From: Octopus sinensis
Taxonomy: Eukaryota
Direction: 5' to 3'
DNA length: 64,000 bases
Assembly (NCBI RefSeq): GCF_006345805.1
Contig: NC_042999.1
Location: 124,001 to 188,000 of the forward strand
A program made the translations under genes and the position numbers. Shown one piece after another: positions 1 to 11,842 of this stretch. Below the pieces are notes generated by a model. It was given only the letters and a program-made list of their open reading frames with translations. It was not told where the DNA came from and ran no database searches. How positions within the stretch are numbered: position 1 is the first letter of the stretch; every line of letters begins with the position of its first letter.

Positions 1-549
1 ACCTAAGTCTCCTTCTTTGTTTCTCTTATACTGACGCTCTCTGTTTCTCTCTTCAACACAACTGGTCTTACACCATGCTGACATTTACACAGTGTTACTG
101 TAACCAGAACCAGCTGGCATCCAACAATATAATGAAATTATTAGCACTTTCAATGACATGTTTTCTTGTGTTTCACTGGCCTTTTATGACAAAGCCACTA
201 ATCAATACTGACCTTAATTCTAATCTAGAGATATTTGTATCACTTAGGTTACTAGGGTACCTTTAAAATATCAGAGAATTTCTACCAGTTTTCAGTCTCA
301 TTGCAGTAAAGAAATTCTATTATATTTCATCTTCTCAAAGATCTTTAGTTTGAATAAATCAATCAATATTTTTGACTGAGAGGTTAAAGTAGTGGACAGA
401 CAGATATTTGAGTTGTGAGTTGTAATGTTCGTGTCTTTAAAACTTGAAAGACTATTGAAAACTTGTGAATGCTTGACGTTACAGGTAGTAACCCGCTAAC
501 CAATTAAATTTTACCAGGAATAAGAACGAACCTGAGCTAAATCATCATC

Positions 550-580
<31 letters not shown>

Positions 581-582
581 GT

Positions 583-984
583 AATCCTTTCTACTATGAG
601 CACAACACCTGGAATTTGAGAGGAGGAGGAGGGGATAGTCGATTACATCGACGTCACAACATGACTGGTACTTAATTCATTGACCCCCGAAACGATGAAA
701 GGCAAAGTCGACCTCGGCGGAATTTGAACTCAGAGCGTAGCGACGGGCGAAATACCTATTTCTTTATTACCCACAAGGGGTTAAACACAGAGGGGACAAA
801 CAAGGACAGACATAGGTATTAAGTCGATTACATCGACCCCAGTGCGTAACTGGTACTTAATTTATCGACCCCGAAAGGATGAAAGGTAAAGTCAACCTCG
901 GCGGAATTTGAACTCACAACGTAACGACAAGCGAAATACCGTTAAGCAGTTCGCCCGGCGTGCTATCGTTTCTGCCAGCTCTCC
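583..984 (-). mobile_element. Meta-domain SINE, hybrid dimer (head + tail A unit joined to tail B unit)
   Basis: tRNA-like head (TGGCAGAAACG A-box-like, GAGTTCAAATTCC B-box-like); core GAGGTCGACTTTGCCTTTCATCCTTTCGGGGTCGATAAATTAAGTACCAG resembles the MetaSINE domain (recalled); junction at 756/757; 3' end runs into (ATT)n. Confidence 0.85.
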
Positions 985-1032
985 ACGGGCGAAATACCGC
1001 TAAGCATTTCACTCGGTGTGCTAAAGATTCTG

Positions 1033-1074
<42 letters not shown>

Positions 1075-1077
1075 TAA

Positions 1078-1493
1078 TAATAATAGAGACAGAGAATAGG
1101 AAGCCAGACATAGTCTTAATTGAGAAAGAAAACCTATGCTGGATCATAGATATAGTATGCCCAGCTGACAACAAGGTATGCGATAAAGAAGAAAGAAAAG
1201 TCGATAGATATGACAGGTTAGCTTGGGAGGTTAAGCAGTTGTGGTCGATGAAAATGGCAGCAGTAGTACCAATAATTGTCGGAGCCCTGGGAACGGTGAG
1301 CAAAAATCTTGAGAGGTACGTGGAACAAATAGGAGCTGCAATAAGGGTGGAGCACTTGCAGAAAACAGCACGGCTTGGAACCGCTGGAATAATCCGGAAG
1401 GTGATCGAAAATTAAGGGGTGTCACCTTAGTTCACTGGTAGTGAACAGCTGACACTGTAGCACATCTCCAGTGTTAGAAGCTGTGCAAAAGCA
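1078..1493 (+). mobile_element. R4/Dong-clade non-LTR retrotransposon 3' fragment (family B)
   Basis: RKPDIVLIEK..IIDIVCPAD (PD-D RLE nuclease) ..VVPIIVGALG..LQKTARLGTAGIIRKV*, followed by a short 3' UTR; both ends on (AAT)n. Confidence 0.9.
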
Positions 1494-1694
1494 ATGATAA
1501 TAATAATTATAAACTTTTCTACTAAAGGCCCAAGGCCTAAAATTTTGTGGGAAGTAACTAGTCAATTACATCGACTGCAGTACTCAACTGGTACTTAATT
1601 TAATCTGTTTAATCTGTTTAAGTTATATAAAGCTTGAATCCAATGTATGGAAATACAAGCAAATTCTACTGCCTTCATGATAACTGAGATATAT

Positions 1695-1905
1695 CCGTTT
1701 CAAATTTTGGCCCAGGATTAGCAAATTCGGGTGAAGTTGTGAGTCACTTACATCGATTCCGATTCTCGACTAATATTTATTTTATGGACTTCGTAAAGAT
1801 GAAGGACATAGCCGACCTCGGTGACATTCGAACTCAAAAAGTAAAATCGGGCGAAATGCCGCTTAGCACTTTCTCTGGCGTGCTAACGATTCTGCCAGAT
1901 CGCCG
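1695..1905 (-). mobile_element. Meta-domain SINE, diverged tail B monomer
   Basis: Diverged Meta core and head (GGGCGAAATGCCGCTTAGC..CGTGCTAACGATTCTGCCAG). Confidence 0.7.
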
Positions 1906-2226
1906 CTTTACAACCGATCACTATCGATGATTGGTATTACCGATACGTTCGATCACATTTGATTGTTTCTGAGAGTACCGATCAGATTTCTATCGCAGCC
2001 AGAACACACAACGCCCAACCCTTCCTTCTTCTATGGATGTGGCCCAAAGCAGGATTATTGGTCCCGAAATGTTTACTGTATCCCTATTTGATGTAATGAG
2101 TTAATGCCGTGGTTACATTCAGCTCGTAGAACTAGGGATGCTTTTATTCATTTACCATTTGTAGGATCTTTGAATCCCGATAGGAATGACTGAGTCTGGT
2201 GTGTTAGAACAGAGATCGCAGAGACC

Positions 2227-2641
2227 TATTTCTTTACTACCCACAAGGGGCTAAACACAGAGGATACAAACAAGGACAAACAAACGGATTAAGTCGATTA
2301 TATCGACCCCAGTGCGTAACTGATATTTAATTTATCGACCCCGAAAGGATGAAAGGCAAAGTCGACCTCGGCGGAATTTGAACTCAGAACGTAACAGCAG
2401 ACGAAATACCTATTTCTTTACTACCCACAAGGGGCTAAACACAGAGAGAACAAACAAGGAAAGACAAAGGGATTAAGTCGATTACATCGACCCCAGTGCG
2501 TAACTGGTACTTAATTTATCGACCCCGAAAGGATGAAAGGCAAAGTCGACCTCGGCGGAATTTGAACTCAGAACGTAACGGCAGACGAAATACGGCTACG
2601 CATTTCGCCCGGTGTGCTAACGTTTCTGCCGGTTCGCCGCC
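2227..2641 (-). mobile_element. Meta-domain SINE dimer (tail A x2) with TSD
   Basis: 184 bp unit repeated; junction 2410/2411; direct repeat GATCGCAGAGACC at 2214-2226 and 2651-2663. Confidence 0.92.
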
Positions 2642-2954
2642 TTCCAGAGCGATCGCAGAGACCATCCATTCCAGACTATTCGGTAAACACACAGCTATGT
2701 AATACCTTCCGTACCTCAGTTTCCTTTATAGACCTTTCATATAATTTTGTTTGTTCGTTGTAAACTAAAGAGATATATTTTAATGTCCACCGTCTTCCAC
2801 ATCATTCCTCATTTTGACAAAGTGATGTTCTGGAGTGTTTGCTACGTCTTTATTCTGCCTCATCTGCGATAGTTTTGTGTTTTTCTCGTGTTCGCCGATC
2901 GAGAGTCGTTCGTGTACTTTAGAGCTTGCAGTTTCACTCGCACAACCTTTGCGT

Positions 2955-3153
2955 CTTTTACTTGTTCAAGTTATTAGACTGAGGCCATGAAGAACCTGTA
3001 GTCGAATGAATCGACACCACTACCTATTAAAAAAAAAAATCCTGGTACTTGTTCTATCGATTTTCTTTTGCCGAACCGCTAGGTTACGGGGACATAAATA
3101 CACCAACACTGGTTGTCAAGAAGTGCTGCGAGGAGGCAAGCACATACACGAAG

Positions 3154-3196
<43 letters not shown>

Positions 3197-3400
3197 TACA
3201 CACACATACACACACACATACACCCCCCCACACACATGTACAACATGCTTCTTTCAGTTTCCGTCTACCAAATCCACTCCGGCTTTAATCGCCTCGAGGC
3301 TATAGTAGAAGACACTTGGCCATAGTGCCACGCAGAAGGATCGAACTCAGAACCATGTGGCTAGGAAGCAGTCGTCTTACTACACAGCCACGCCTGCGCC
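2955..3400 (-). mobile_element. SINE family 2 (tRNA head, internal microsatellite)
   Basis: Head GGCGCAGGCGTGGCTGTGTAGTAAG.., body GGTAGACGGAAACTGAAAGAAGC, internal (CA)n. Confidence 0.8.
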
Positions 3401-4039
3401 TGGAAAATATTTTCTCGGAGAATGCTTCCCGCTGCGTATTGTATTTTCCGACAACGCTATACTTCTTACAGAAGGCTCGCTAACTAATTGAATGTCTCTT
3501 TAATCTAATTGCATTCTTTATTGCTTTTACTTATCGTTAATTCCCTCCTAACTATCCATAATCCGATCGTGGTACGCTTTCCATGTTAGAAAAGTAACAT
3601 CCAACTTCGGTAGTAATGTCATTCTTTCCGAACTTCTTAAGTCGATTTTACGGATCATACAATTTTGGTCTGTCATAAACTAACCGAAACTTTGGAAAAA
3701 TGGTCTCTGTTTATCCATTAATCTGCTGAATATGTCGATTGAATATATGTCAGATAATTGGAATACTGTAATTAGATTTATGAAGACATTACAACCTCTC
3801 GTTATTTCTTCTATCATGCTATAATCCCCTCATAACTGTCACTCAGTTCCACGACCGCCATTGTGCTACTTTGTAAATGTTAAACGGTCGCTTCTATCTC
3901 ACGATGTACCAGGAACTATTTCCTAGTTCCTGGTGCACATTCAGTTTTTACCTATGGACCCTTGGATTTCTATTTTATTCGTGTGGATTCCCTTAAACAT
4001 TCGACATTTAAAAAGTTTCTCTGCTATTTTAATTCTTTT

Positions 4040-4258
4040 TTTCTTTTATTCTTTTACTTGTTTCAGTCATTTGACTGTGGCCATGCTGTGGCCTTTAGTC
4101 GAGCAAATCAACCGCAGGACTTATTCTTTGTAAGCCTAGTACCTATTCTATCGGTCTCTTTTGCCGAACCGCTAAGTTACGGGGGACGTAAACACACCAG
4201 CATCGGTTGTCAAGCAATGTTGAGGGGACAAACCCAGACACACAACATATACACACAC

Positions 4259-4307
<49 letters not shown>

Positions 4308-4468
4308 ACGGGCTTCTTTCAGTTTCCGTCTACCAAATCCATTCACAAGACTTTGGTCGGCCCGAGGCTATAGAAGAAAATATTTGCCCAAGGTGCCACG
4401 CAGTAGGACTGAATACGGAACCATGTGGTTGGTAAGCAAGCTACTTACCACACAGCCACTCCTACACC
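4040..4468 (-). mobile_element. SINE family 2, full length
   Basis: Head, CCTTGGGCAA motif, internal (TA)n, tail CATGGCC.CAGTCAAATGACTGAAACAAGTAAAAGA. Confidence 0.88.
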
Positions 4469-4714
4469 TACATTATTAGGAATTGTATTTCAGACTATAA
4501 CTATTTCATTATTTTTAAGGTTATTTTTATAGAATATCTGTAGAAAGAGACCTTAAAAATAATATAACAAGCACTGATGACACAGCAGGACATGGCACTG
4601 ACGTATAAAAATATTGAATATACTTCATAGTATATTGTGTTTGCATAACGAGGTACCACGAAACTTCAGACCTTTAACTATTTCATTGCCCATAAATTTT
4701 AACAGCAAAATTTT

Positions 4715-4778
4715 ATATGGACCTCTAAGGGTCATATGGATCCTCAGGGTTCAGAGGGACTCCGTTTGAGAACCACTG
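4715..4778. mobile_element. hAT-type MITE terminus (one end)
   Basis: Ends TTTGAGAACCACTG (CAGTGGTTCTCAAA on the other strand), typical of Charlie-like MITEs; partner TIR not found. Confidence 0.4.
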
Positions 4779-4855
4779 ATCTAGTCGAAACAAAAGAAGT
4801 CTAAAGCGATTTGTTTTCTAATAAAGAAAAAAAAAAGAATCGCCTAAATCTAACC

Positions 4856-5230
4856 ACAAGGCCCAGTGGTTAGGACAGCGGACTCGCAGTCATAGGATCG
4901 CGGTTTCGATTCCGAGACCGGGCGTTGTGAGTGTTTATTGAGCGAAAACACCTAAAGCTCCACGAGGCTCCGGCAGGGGATGGTGGTGATCCTTGCTGTA
5001 CTCTTTCACCACAACTTTCTCTCACTCTTACTTCCTGTTTCTGTTGTACCTGTATTTCAAAGGGCCGGCCTTGTCACTCTCTGTGTCACGCTGAATATCC
5101 CCGAGAACTACGTTAAGGGTACACGTGTCTGTGGAGTGCTCAGCCACTTACACGTTAATTTCATGAGCAGGTTGTTCCGTTGATTCGGATCAACCGGAAC
5201 CCTCGTCGTCGTAACCGACAGAATGCTTCC
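4856..5230 (+). mobile_element. Chimeric SINE: family 3 head with the tail also seen at 63770-63940
   Basis: GGCCCAGTGGTTAGGACAGCGGACTCGC..GGTTTCGATTCC head; tail TCACGCTGAAT..GAGAACTACGTTAA..GTCGTAACCGAC. Confidence 0.8.
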
Positions 5231-5317
5231 ATCCATTTGGTAGGAGTCTCTGACTCACTCCATTCCTTCACCCAACGCCGCAGCTATTCATACAAGTTAT
5301 ATACACACACGTACTCA

Positions 5318-5570
5318 ACAAACCTTGTGAGTGGATTTGGTAGACAGAAACTGAAAGAAGCCAGTTTTATATATATGTATGTGTGCATGTATTTGTGTGC
5401 CTGTGTTTTTCTTCCCCACCCCTATCGCTTGACAACCAATGTTGGCAAAAGAGGCTGATAGAATAAGTACTTAGCTTACTAAGAATAAGTCCTGGGGGTT
5501 GATCTGTTCGACAAAAGGCAACGCTTCAGCATGGCCGCAGTCAAGTGACTGAAACAAGTAAAAGAATAAA
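5318..5570 (+). mobile_element. SINE family 2, 5'-truncated
   Basis: Body and tail motifs as in the other copies. Confidence 0.8.
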
Positions 5571-5800
5571 TATTTCTTTACTACCCACAAGGGGCTAAAC
5601 ATACAGGGGACAAACAAGGACAGACAAAGGGATTGAGTCGATTACATCGACCCCAGTGCGAAACTGGTACTTTATTTATCGACTCCGAAAGGATGAAAGG
5701 CAAAGTCGACCTCGGCGGAATTTGAACTCAGAACGTAACGGCAGACGAAATACGGCTACGCATTTCGCCCGGCGCGCTAACGTTTCTGCCAGCTCGCCGC
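5571..5800 (-). mobile_element. Meta-domain SINE monomer, tail A
   Basis: Complete head, core and tail A (..GTGGGTAGTAAAGAAATA). Confidence 0.9.
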
Positions 5801-5816
5801 TGTAAAAGAATAAAAG

Positions 5817-5859
<43 letters not shown>

Positions 5860-5971
5860 GTATATACATATATACATACATTCATACACACATACACCAT
5901 ACACCATACACACACGCACGCACGTACACACACACACACACTCACCCACACGCACACACACACACATTCTA

Positions 5972-6002
<31 letters not shown>

Positions 6003-6579
6003 CCCACACGACTATCGGCAAATGCATAAATGTATCTTCGTCTCCTATTCTGAAAACAGAACACTTCCAGGCGAGGTGCAACAAAAGCCATATAGATTCC
6101 ATCGAAGGTGGCCATTTATTTCGATATTCGTATCCCAATATATCTGTTATCGCATCAGCCAAGTGGATATCACATTCCAATGGGAGATGAATATATAGGC
6201 TTTACAATCCATATAATTCGATATTCTTCGCTTCACGTGTAATAATCATTTCTCACTTTTACCTACATCCAATAATCCTTATGTTTGATATTCAACTGAT
6301 AGCTATTGCGAAAACGAATATATTTTATTTGCTTCGTTCACGCAACAGGTGAACGAACGATATTTCTCATCTACAAAATTTCAGCGCACCGTGCAACGCG
6401 TAATGGAAATGCTTGTTCTCTTGAAATACGAAATTCCCGGAACGTCGTCGTTGTGTGGCGCGCTTATAAAACAATCTGATCGATTTTTACCATGCGACTG
6501 AAATCTTTGTGATATTGTGCGGCATTCAGAACCAGTTTTGTTAGTGGAAAATAGATGCTATCAACAACAACGTGCTGTA

Positions 6580-8230
6580 CCACCGCCGCCGCCACCGCCA
6601 CCGCCGCCCGCCACCACCACCACCACCACCACCACCACCACCACCACCACCACCACTGCCACCACCGCCGCCACCACCACCACCACCACCACACCACCAC
6701 CACCACCACCACCACCACCACCACCACCACCACCACTGCCACCACCGCCGCCACCACCACCACCACCACCACCCACCACCACCACCACCACCACCACCAC
6801 CACACCACTGCCACCACCGCCGCCACCACCACCACACCCACCACCACCACACACCAGCACAACCACCACCACCACCACCAGCAGCACCACCACCACCAGC
6901 ACCACCACTGCCACCACCGCCGCCACCACTGCCACCACCGCCGCCACCAACACCACACCACCACCACTGCCACCACCGCCGCCACCACCACCACCACTGC
7001 CACCACCGCCGCCACCACCACCACCACCACCACCACCACCACCACCACTGCCACCACCGCCGCCACCACCACCACCACCACCCACCACCACCACCACCAC
7101 CACACACCACTGCCACCACCGCCGCCACCACCACCACCACCACCACCACCACCACCACCACCACCACCACCACTGCCACCACCGCCGCCACCACCACCAA
7201 CCACCACCACCACCACCACCACTGCCACCACCGCCGCCACCACCACCACCACACCACCACCACCACCACCACCACCACCACCACCACCACCAGCACAACC
7301 AACACACCACCACCACCACCACCAGCACCACAGCACCAGCACCAGCCCACCACCACCACCACCACACCACCACCACCAGCACAACCACCACCACACCACC
7401 AGCACTACCAGCACCACCAGCACCAGCACCAGCACCACCACCACCACCACACCACCACCAGCACCAGCACCACCACCAGCACCACACCACCACCAGCACC
7501 ACCACTGCCACCACCCTCGCCGCCACCACCACTGTCCACCACCGCCGTGCCACCACCACCACCACCACCCACTGCCACCACCGCCGCCACCACCACCACC
7601 ACCACCACCAACCACCACCACCCACCACCACCACCACCCACCACTGCCACCACCGCCGCCACCACCACCACCACTGCCACCACCTCCACCACCTGCACCA
7701 CCACCACCACCACACCACCACCACCACCACTTCCACCAAGCCGCCTTCCACCACCACCACCAACCACCACCACCCACCACCACCACCACCACCACTGCCA
7801 CCACCACCACCGCCGCCACCACCACCACCACCCACCACCACACCACCACCACCACCACCCACCACTGCCACCACCGCCGCCACCACCACCACCACCCCAC
7901 CACCACCACCACCACTGCCACCACCGCCTCCACCACCACCACCCACCACCACCACCACCACCACCACCACCACCACCACCCACCACCAGCACAACCACCA
8001 CCACCACCACCACCACCACCACCCCATTCACCACCATCACCACACCACCACCCCACCACCACCACCACCACCACCCACCACCAGCATCAACACACCACCC
8101 CCCACCAAGCCAACCAACCACACACCACCAGCACCACACCAGCACCACCAGCACCACCACCAGCACCACCACCAGCACCAGCACCACCACCAGCACCAAC
8201 ACCACCACCACCTCCACCAGCACCACCTCC
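6580..8230. repeat. 1.65 kb degenerate (CCA)n array with recurring CCACCACTGCCACCACCGCCGCCACC unit
   Basis: Direct reading. CCA/CAC/ACC and GGT/GTG/TGG triplets lack stops, which explains the long ORFs in the track. Confidence 0.95.
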
Positions 8231-8317
8231 GAGTATTCGAGCGGTTCCAAGCAGTGCTGTTTTCTGCATGTGCTCCACCCTTATTGCAGCCCCTATTTGT
8301 TCCACGTACTTCTCGAG
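8231..8317 (-). mobile_element. R4/Dong family B micro-fragment
   Basis: Reverse complement of the 1311-1396 region; encodes EQIGAAIRVEHMQKTALLGTARIL. Confidence 0.85.
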
Positions 8318-8333
8318 ATTATTATTTATTATT

Positions 8334-8866
8334 GAGTGAGAGAGCAGTTCATGCCATCAAAGTGACACTGGGGTAAAATATACGAAGCCCAATATACCCA
8401 TCATGACTACCCATCTGATAAGGGTACACCAGGCACATGCATCACAACCATATGTGCGCGACATGGTGATCTCATATCAAGATAAACAGCACATGACCTT
8501 GCAGGTGGGGCCCAGTTAGAATTTTCTTCAGGTTGAGTAGCCCTTCCCGCTCGAAAGGTCCCTGAATAAGGGTTGTTTAAGGATGTTGAAAGAACCACCC
8601 ATGTTTCCAGAGGTGAATTATTCAAACCCCAAAGAATCCCTCTCAACACATGGCTATGATGCTCCCCCACTACTTTTGCTCATGATCAAAGATGCACATA
8701 TCGTCAGCCACTAAGGGACATGCTCAACTGGTTAAGGTCAAACAACTGACAAGCAAATCTGTGGTATTGAGCAGAATATTTGCTGTAGCTCATCTTTTAT
8801 ACCAAGACAAAACAATGTACATGATAACACTTCCAATCAGTTAAGATCAGAAGCCATGAGAGCCAG
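8334..8866 (-). mobile_element. ~530 bp non-coding element ending ..CTGCTCTCTCACTC(AAT)n
   Basis: Near-identical to 42054-42572; 3' end on (AAT)n. Confidence 0.85.
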
Positions 8867-9003
8867 TCTAGCATTTATTATTATTATATACATAATCAGA
8901 TGGAACAGTATTCAAAGAAACTCACTGGGGCCTGCGTTGTCAATTTCACTCCGTCGCTTCATTCATTCATACCCAAGTATATGTGTGTGTGTGTATGTGT
9001 GAT

Positions 9004-9041
<38 letters not shown>

Positions 9042-9091
9042 CCAACGTTTTTATCATTTTTAAAATTATTATAATGCTATCGTCTTATTCC

Positions 9092-9360
9092 TAATCCTTT
9101 CTACTATAGGCACAAGGCATGAAATTTGGAGAGAAGGGACTAGTCGATTACATCGACCCCAGTGCGAAACTGGTACTTAATTTATCGACCCCGTAAGGAT
9201 GAAAGGCAAAATCAACCTCGGCGTGCCAAGACGGCGAGCTGGCAGAATCATTAGCACGCCGGGAAAAATGCTTAGGGGCATTTCATCCGTTTTTACGTTC
9301 TGCGTTCAAATTCCACCGAGATCAGCTTTGCTTGTCATCCCCTTGAGGTCGATAAAATAG
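9092..9360. mobile_element. Two Meta-domain SINE pieces, head to head
   Basis: Minus-strand tail B and core to ~9225, then plus-strand head and core. Confidence 0.7.
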
Positions 9361-9424
9361 CCGCTTCTTATCCATAATGCGAAAGCCTTCTGGTTTTGCA
9401 TATAATAATCCTTTCTACAATAGT

Positions 9425-9720
9425 CACCACGTGATCGACCAGACAAACAGATACTGTTATATATCGCTTGTCACAATGCGCTTTGTGTCGTTTTAGCTTT
9501 CGAATGATACCATCCCGCTGGCTAGGCGAACAGGTCAATATTCCTCGCTGATTGGAAGACAAATATGTCCCATGGTCACCCATTTACAGCTGAGTGGACT
9601 GGAGCCACGTAAAACGAAGCTTCTTACACAAGGACACAACTCGCAACCAGTCTGGGAATCGAAACCACGAGCTCACAATTGTAAGTGCAACGCCTCTAAC
9701 CACTAGACCACGCACCTTCA
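9425..9720 (-). mobile_element. SINE family 4 (CORE-like) carrying the tail shared with 56498 and 47276
   Basis: tRNA-like head, GTCCTTGTGTAAGAAGC..GCTCCAGTCCACTCAGCTGTAAATGG, tail GCCAGCGGGATGGTATCATTCGAAAGCTAAAAC. Confidence 0.65.
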
Positions 9721-10094
9721 CAATATATTTATTGTGAACTAAAATTCGACTCCAGTTCTCAGCTGGCATTAATTTTTATGGGCCCAAAAAAAGATGAAAG
9801 GCAAAGTCGACCTCGGTGGAATTTGAACCGAGAACGCAAAGAACGGAAGAAATGACGTCATGCACCCCACCCCCGCCGTCGATCTAATGAGTCTGTCAGC
9901 TCGTCATAGTATTTTTGAACATGCAAAAAAGCCCTGTTTTTTACAAACAAAACCAAGATTAACAATAATATTAAGAGCAGCAGCAACAACAAAAAACAAT
10001 ATAGATTTTGAGGCAATTCTGATCATGTTATGTGCCCGAGAAATTGTGTAGTTTTTTTCCTCTGTTCAATGTACAATTTAGAAAGAATAGCAGT

Positions 10095-10097
10095 CGT

Positions 10098-10144
<47 letters not shown>

Positions 10145-10216
10145 GTTGTTGTTGTAGCAGTAGTAGTAGTAGTTGTTGTAGTAGTAATAGTAGTTGTAGT
10201 AATAAGAGTAGTAGTT

Positions 10217-10249
<33 letters not shown>

Positions 10250-10252
10250 GTT

Positions 10253-10303
<51 letters not shown>

Positions 10304-10360
10304 ATAGTAGTAGTAGTAGTAACAGTAGTAGTTGTAGTAGTAGTAGTAGTAGTAGTAGTC

Positions 10361-10394
<34 letters not shown>

Positions 10395-10395
10395 C
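10095..10395. repeat. (TAG)n microsatellite
   Basis: Direct reading. Confidence 0.95.
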
Positions 10396-11248
10396 TGTGG
10401 TGGTGGCGGTCATCGATAGTCTTCTCGTAATAGCGGTTGTGTAGTAGAAATATTAGTAGTCATCGTCGCAGTAGTATAAATTAGAATTGTATATTGTACG
10501 TGTGCAATGGTGCGTATAAATGCAATCTAATAGAAAGCATAATTCACCGTTGTGTGTTTCATGGAGGAATTTCTGTACGTGTTAGTTTACGCTTGAAGGA
10601 TGCCATGTATTCCGTTCCATCGATATTTTCAATAATAACTTGGGAGCCGATTTTGTCCGATTTGGTAATGTGTAAAGACAGGTTCACGGTCAGATCATCA
10701 CCGTTGGTGAGAGACTGCAATGGCGCCAACGTTTCGTATGACTTTATGATTTTTTTTTCTCCCTCCATTGAGCCCTAGGAGTCTTAAGACCAGCTACCCG
10801 TTTTAGCATGGTGTATGAGTGACTGAGATCAGAGCATTTCCCTTCAAAGGACGAATTGCCAGCAGTCCGTTGCAGGGTTCAAGGCAGTTTTGATGGGGGT
10901 GTGAAGTCAATTACGCCGACCTTAGCACTTATTTTTATGTTTCGTACTTATTCTATCGATTTATTTCACCGAAACGCTAGGTCACTGATATGCAAATAAA
11001 GCAACGCCGGTTGCCAAGCTGTGATGGGGGACAACACAAGCACAAACTCGCACAGCTACATACATATATACATACATACATACATACATACATGCATGCG
11101 TGCATACATACATACATACATGCATGCATGCATGCATACATACATACATACATACATGCATGCATGCATACATACATACATGCATACATACATACATACA
11201 TACACACATACATACATACATACATACGTGTGTGTATGTATAGATATA

Positions 11249-11407
11249 TAGGCGTGGCTGTGTGATAAGTAGATTGCTTACAAACCATATGGTTCTGGGT
11301 TCAGTCTCACTGCGTGGAACCTTGAGCAAGTGTCTTCTACTATAGCCTTGGGTCGTCTAAAGCCTTTTGAGAGGATATGGTAAACGGAAACTGAAAGAAG
11401 CCCGTTG

Positions 11408-11444
<37 letters not shown>

Positions 11445-11660
11445 ATGTGTGTGTGTATGTGTGTGGGTGTCTGTGTGTGTGTATGTTTGTGTGTCAGTAT
11501 TTGTCCCTCCACCATCGCTTGACAACCACTAACTTAACAGATCGGCAAAAGAGAGCGATAGGATAAGTACTAGACTTACAAAGCCCTGGTGTCGATTTGT
11601 TCGACTAAAGGTGGTGCTCCAGCATGGTCGCAGTCGAATGAGGGAAACAAATAAAAGAAA
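11249..11660 (+). mobile_element. SINE family 2
   Basis: Head, body, internal (TA)n(TG)n and tail; a minus-strand tail piece and (TACA)n lie just upstream. Confidence 0.82.
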
Positions 11661-11788
11661 AATATATACATATACGAAGAGCTATAATAAATATCCTGTA
11701 AACAACTGTAAGACCTTCTATCTATAAATGTTCTAAAATCTACACAGCCTTGGTTTTTTTTTATCTCATTACGAAAAAACATTATATA

Positions 11789-11836
<48 letters not shown>

Positions 11837-11842
<6 letters not shown>

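Noticed and set aside
2227-2641. Repeated ~184 bp units as a CRISPR-like array or hammerhead retrozyme
   Set aside because: No unique spacers and no CUGANGA/GAAA core in the unit; it is a tRNA-headed SINE.
6464-8376. Long Pro/His/Thr- or Gly/Val/Trp-rich ORFs (up to 619 aa) as an extensin- or mucin-like gene
   Set aside because: Open in nearly all frames on both strands because CCA-type triplets contain no stops; frequent phase shifts; no splice or start context.
8820-8866. 5S rRNA-derived head for the 530 bp element (GATCTTAACTGATTGGAAG vs 5S GATCTCGTCTGATCTCGGAAG)
   Set aside because: Similarity is limited to ~20 nt with gaps and does not extend to the 5S 5' end or box C.
10030-10419. Ser-rich and Thr-rich ORFs, and all HT/YI/CV dipeptide ORFs elsewhere in the track
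   Set aside because: Translations of (TAG)n, (CA)n, (TA)n and (TATG)n microsatellites.
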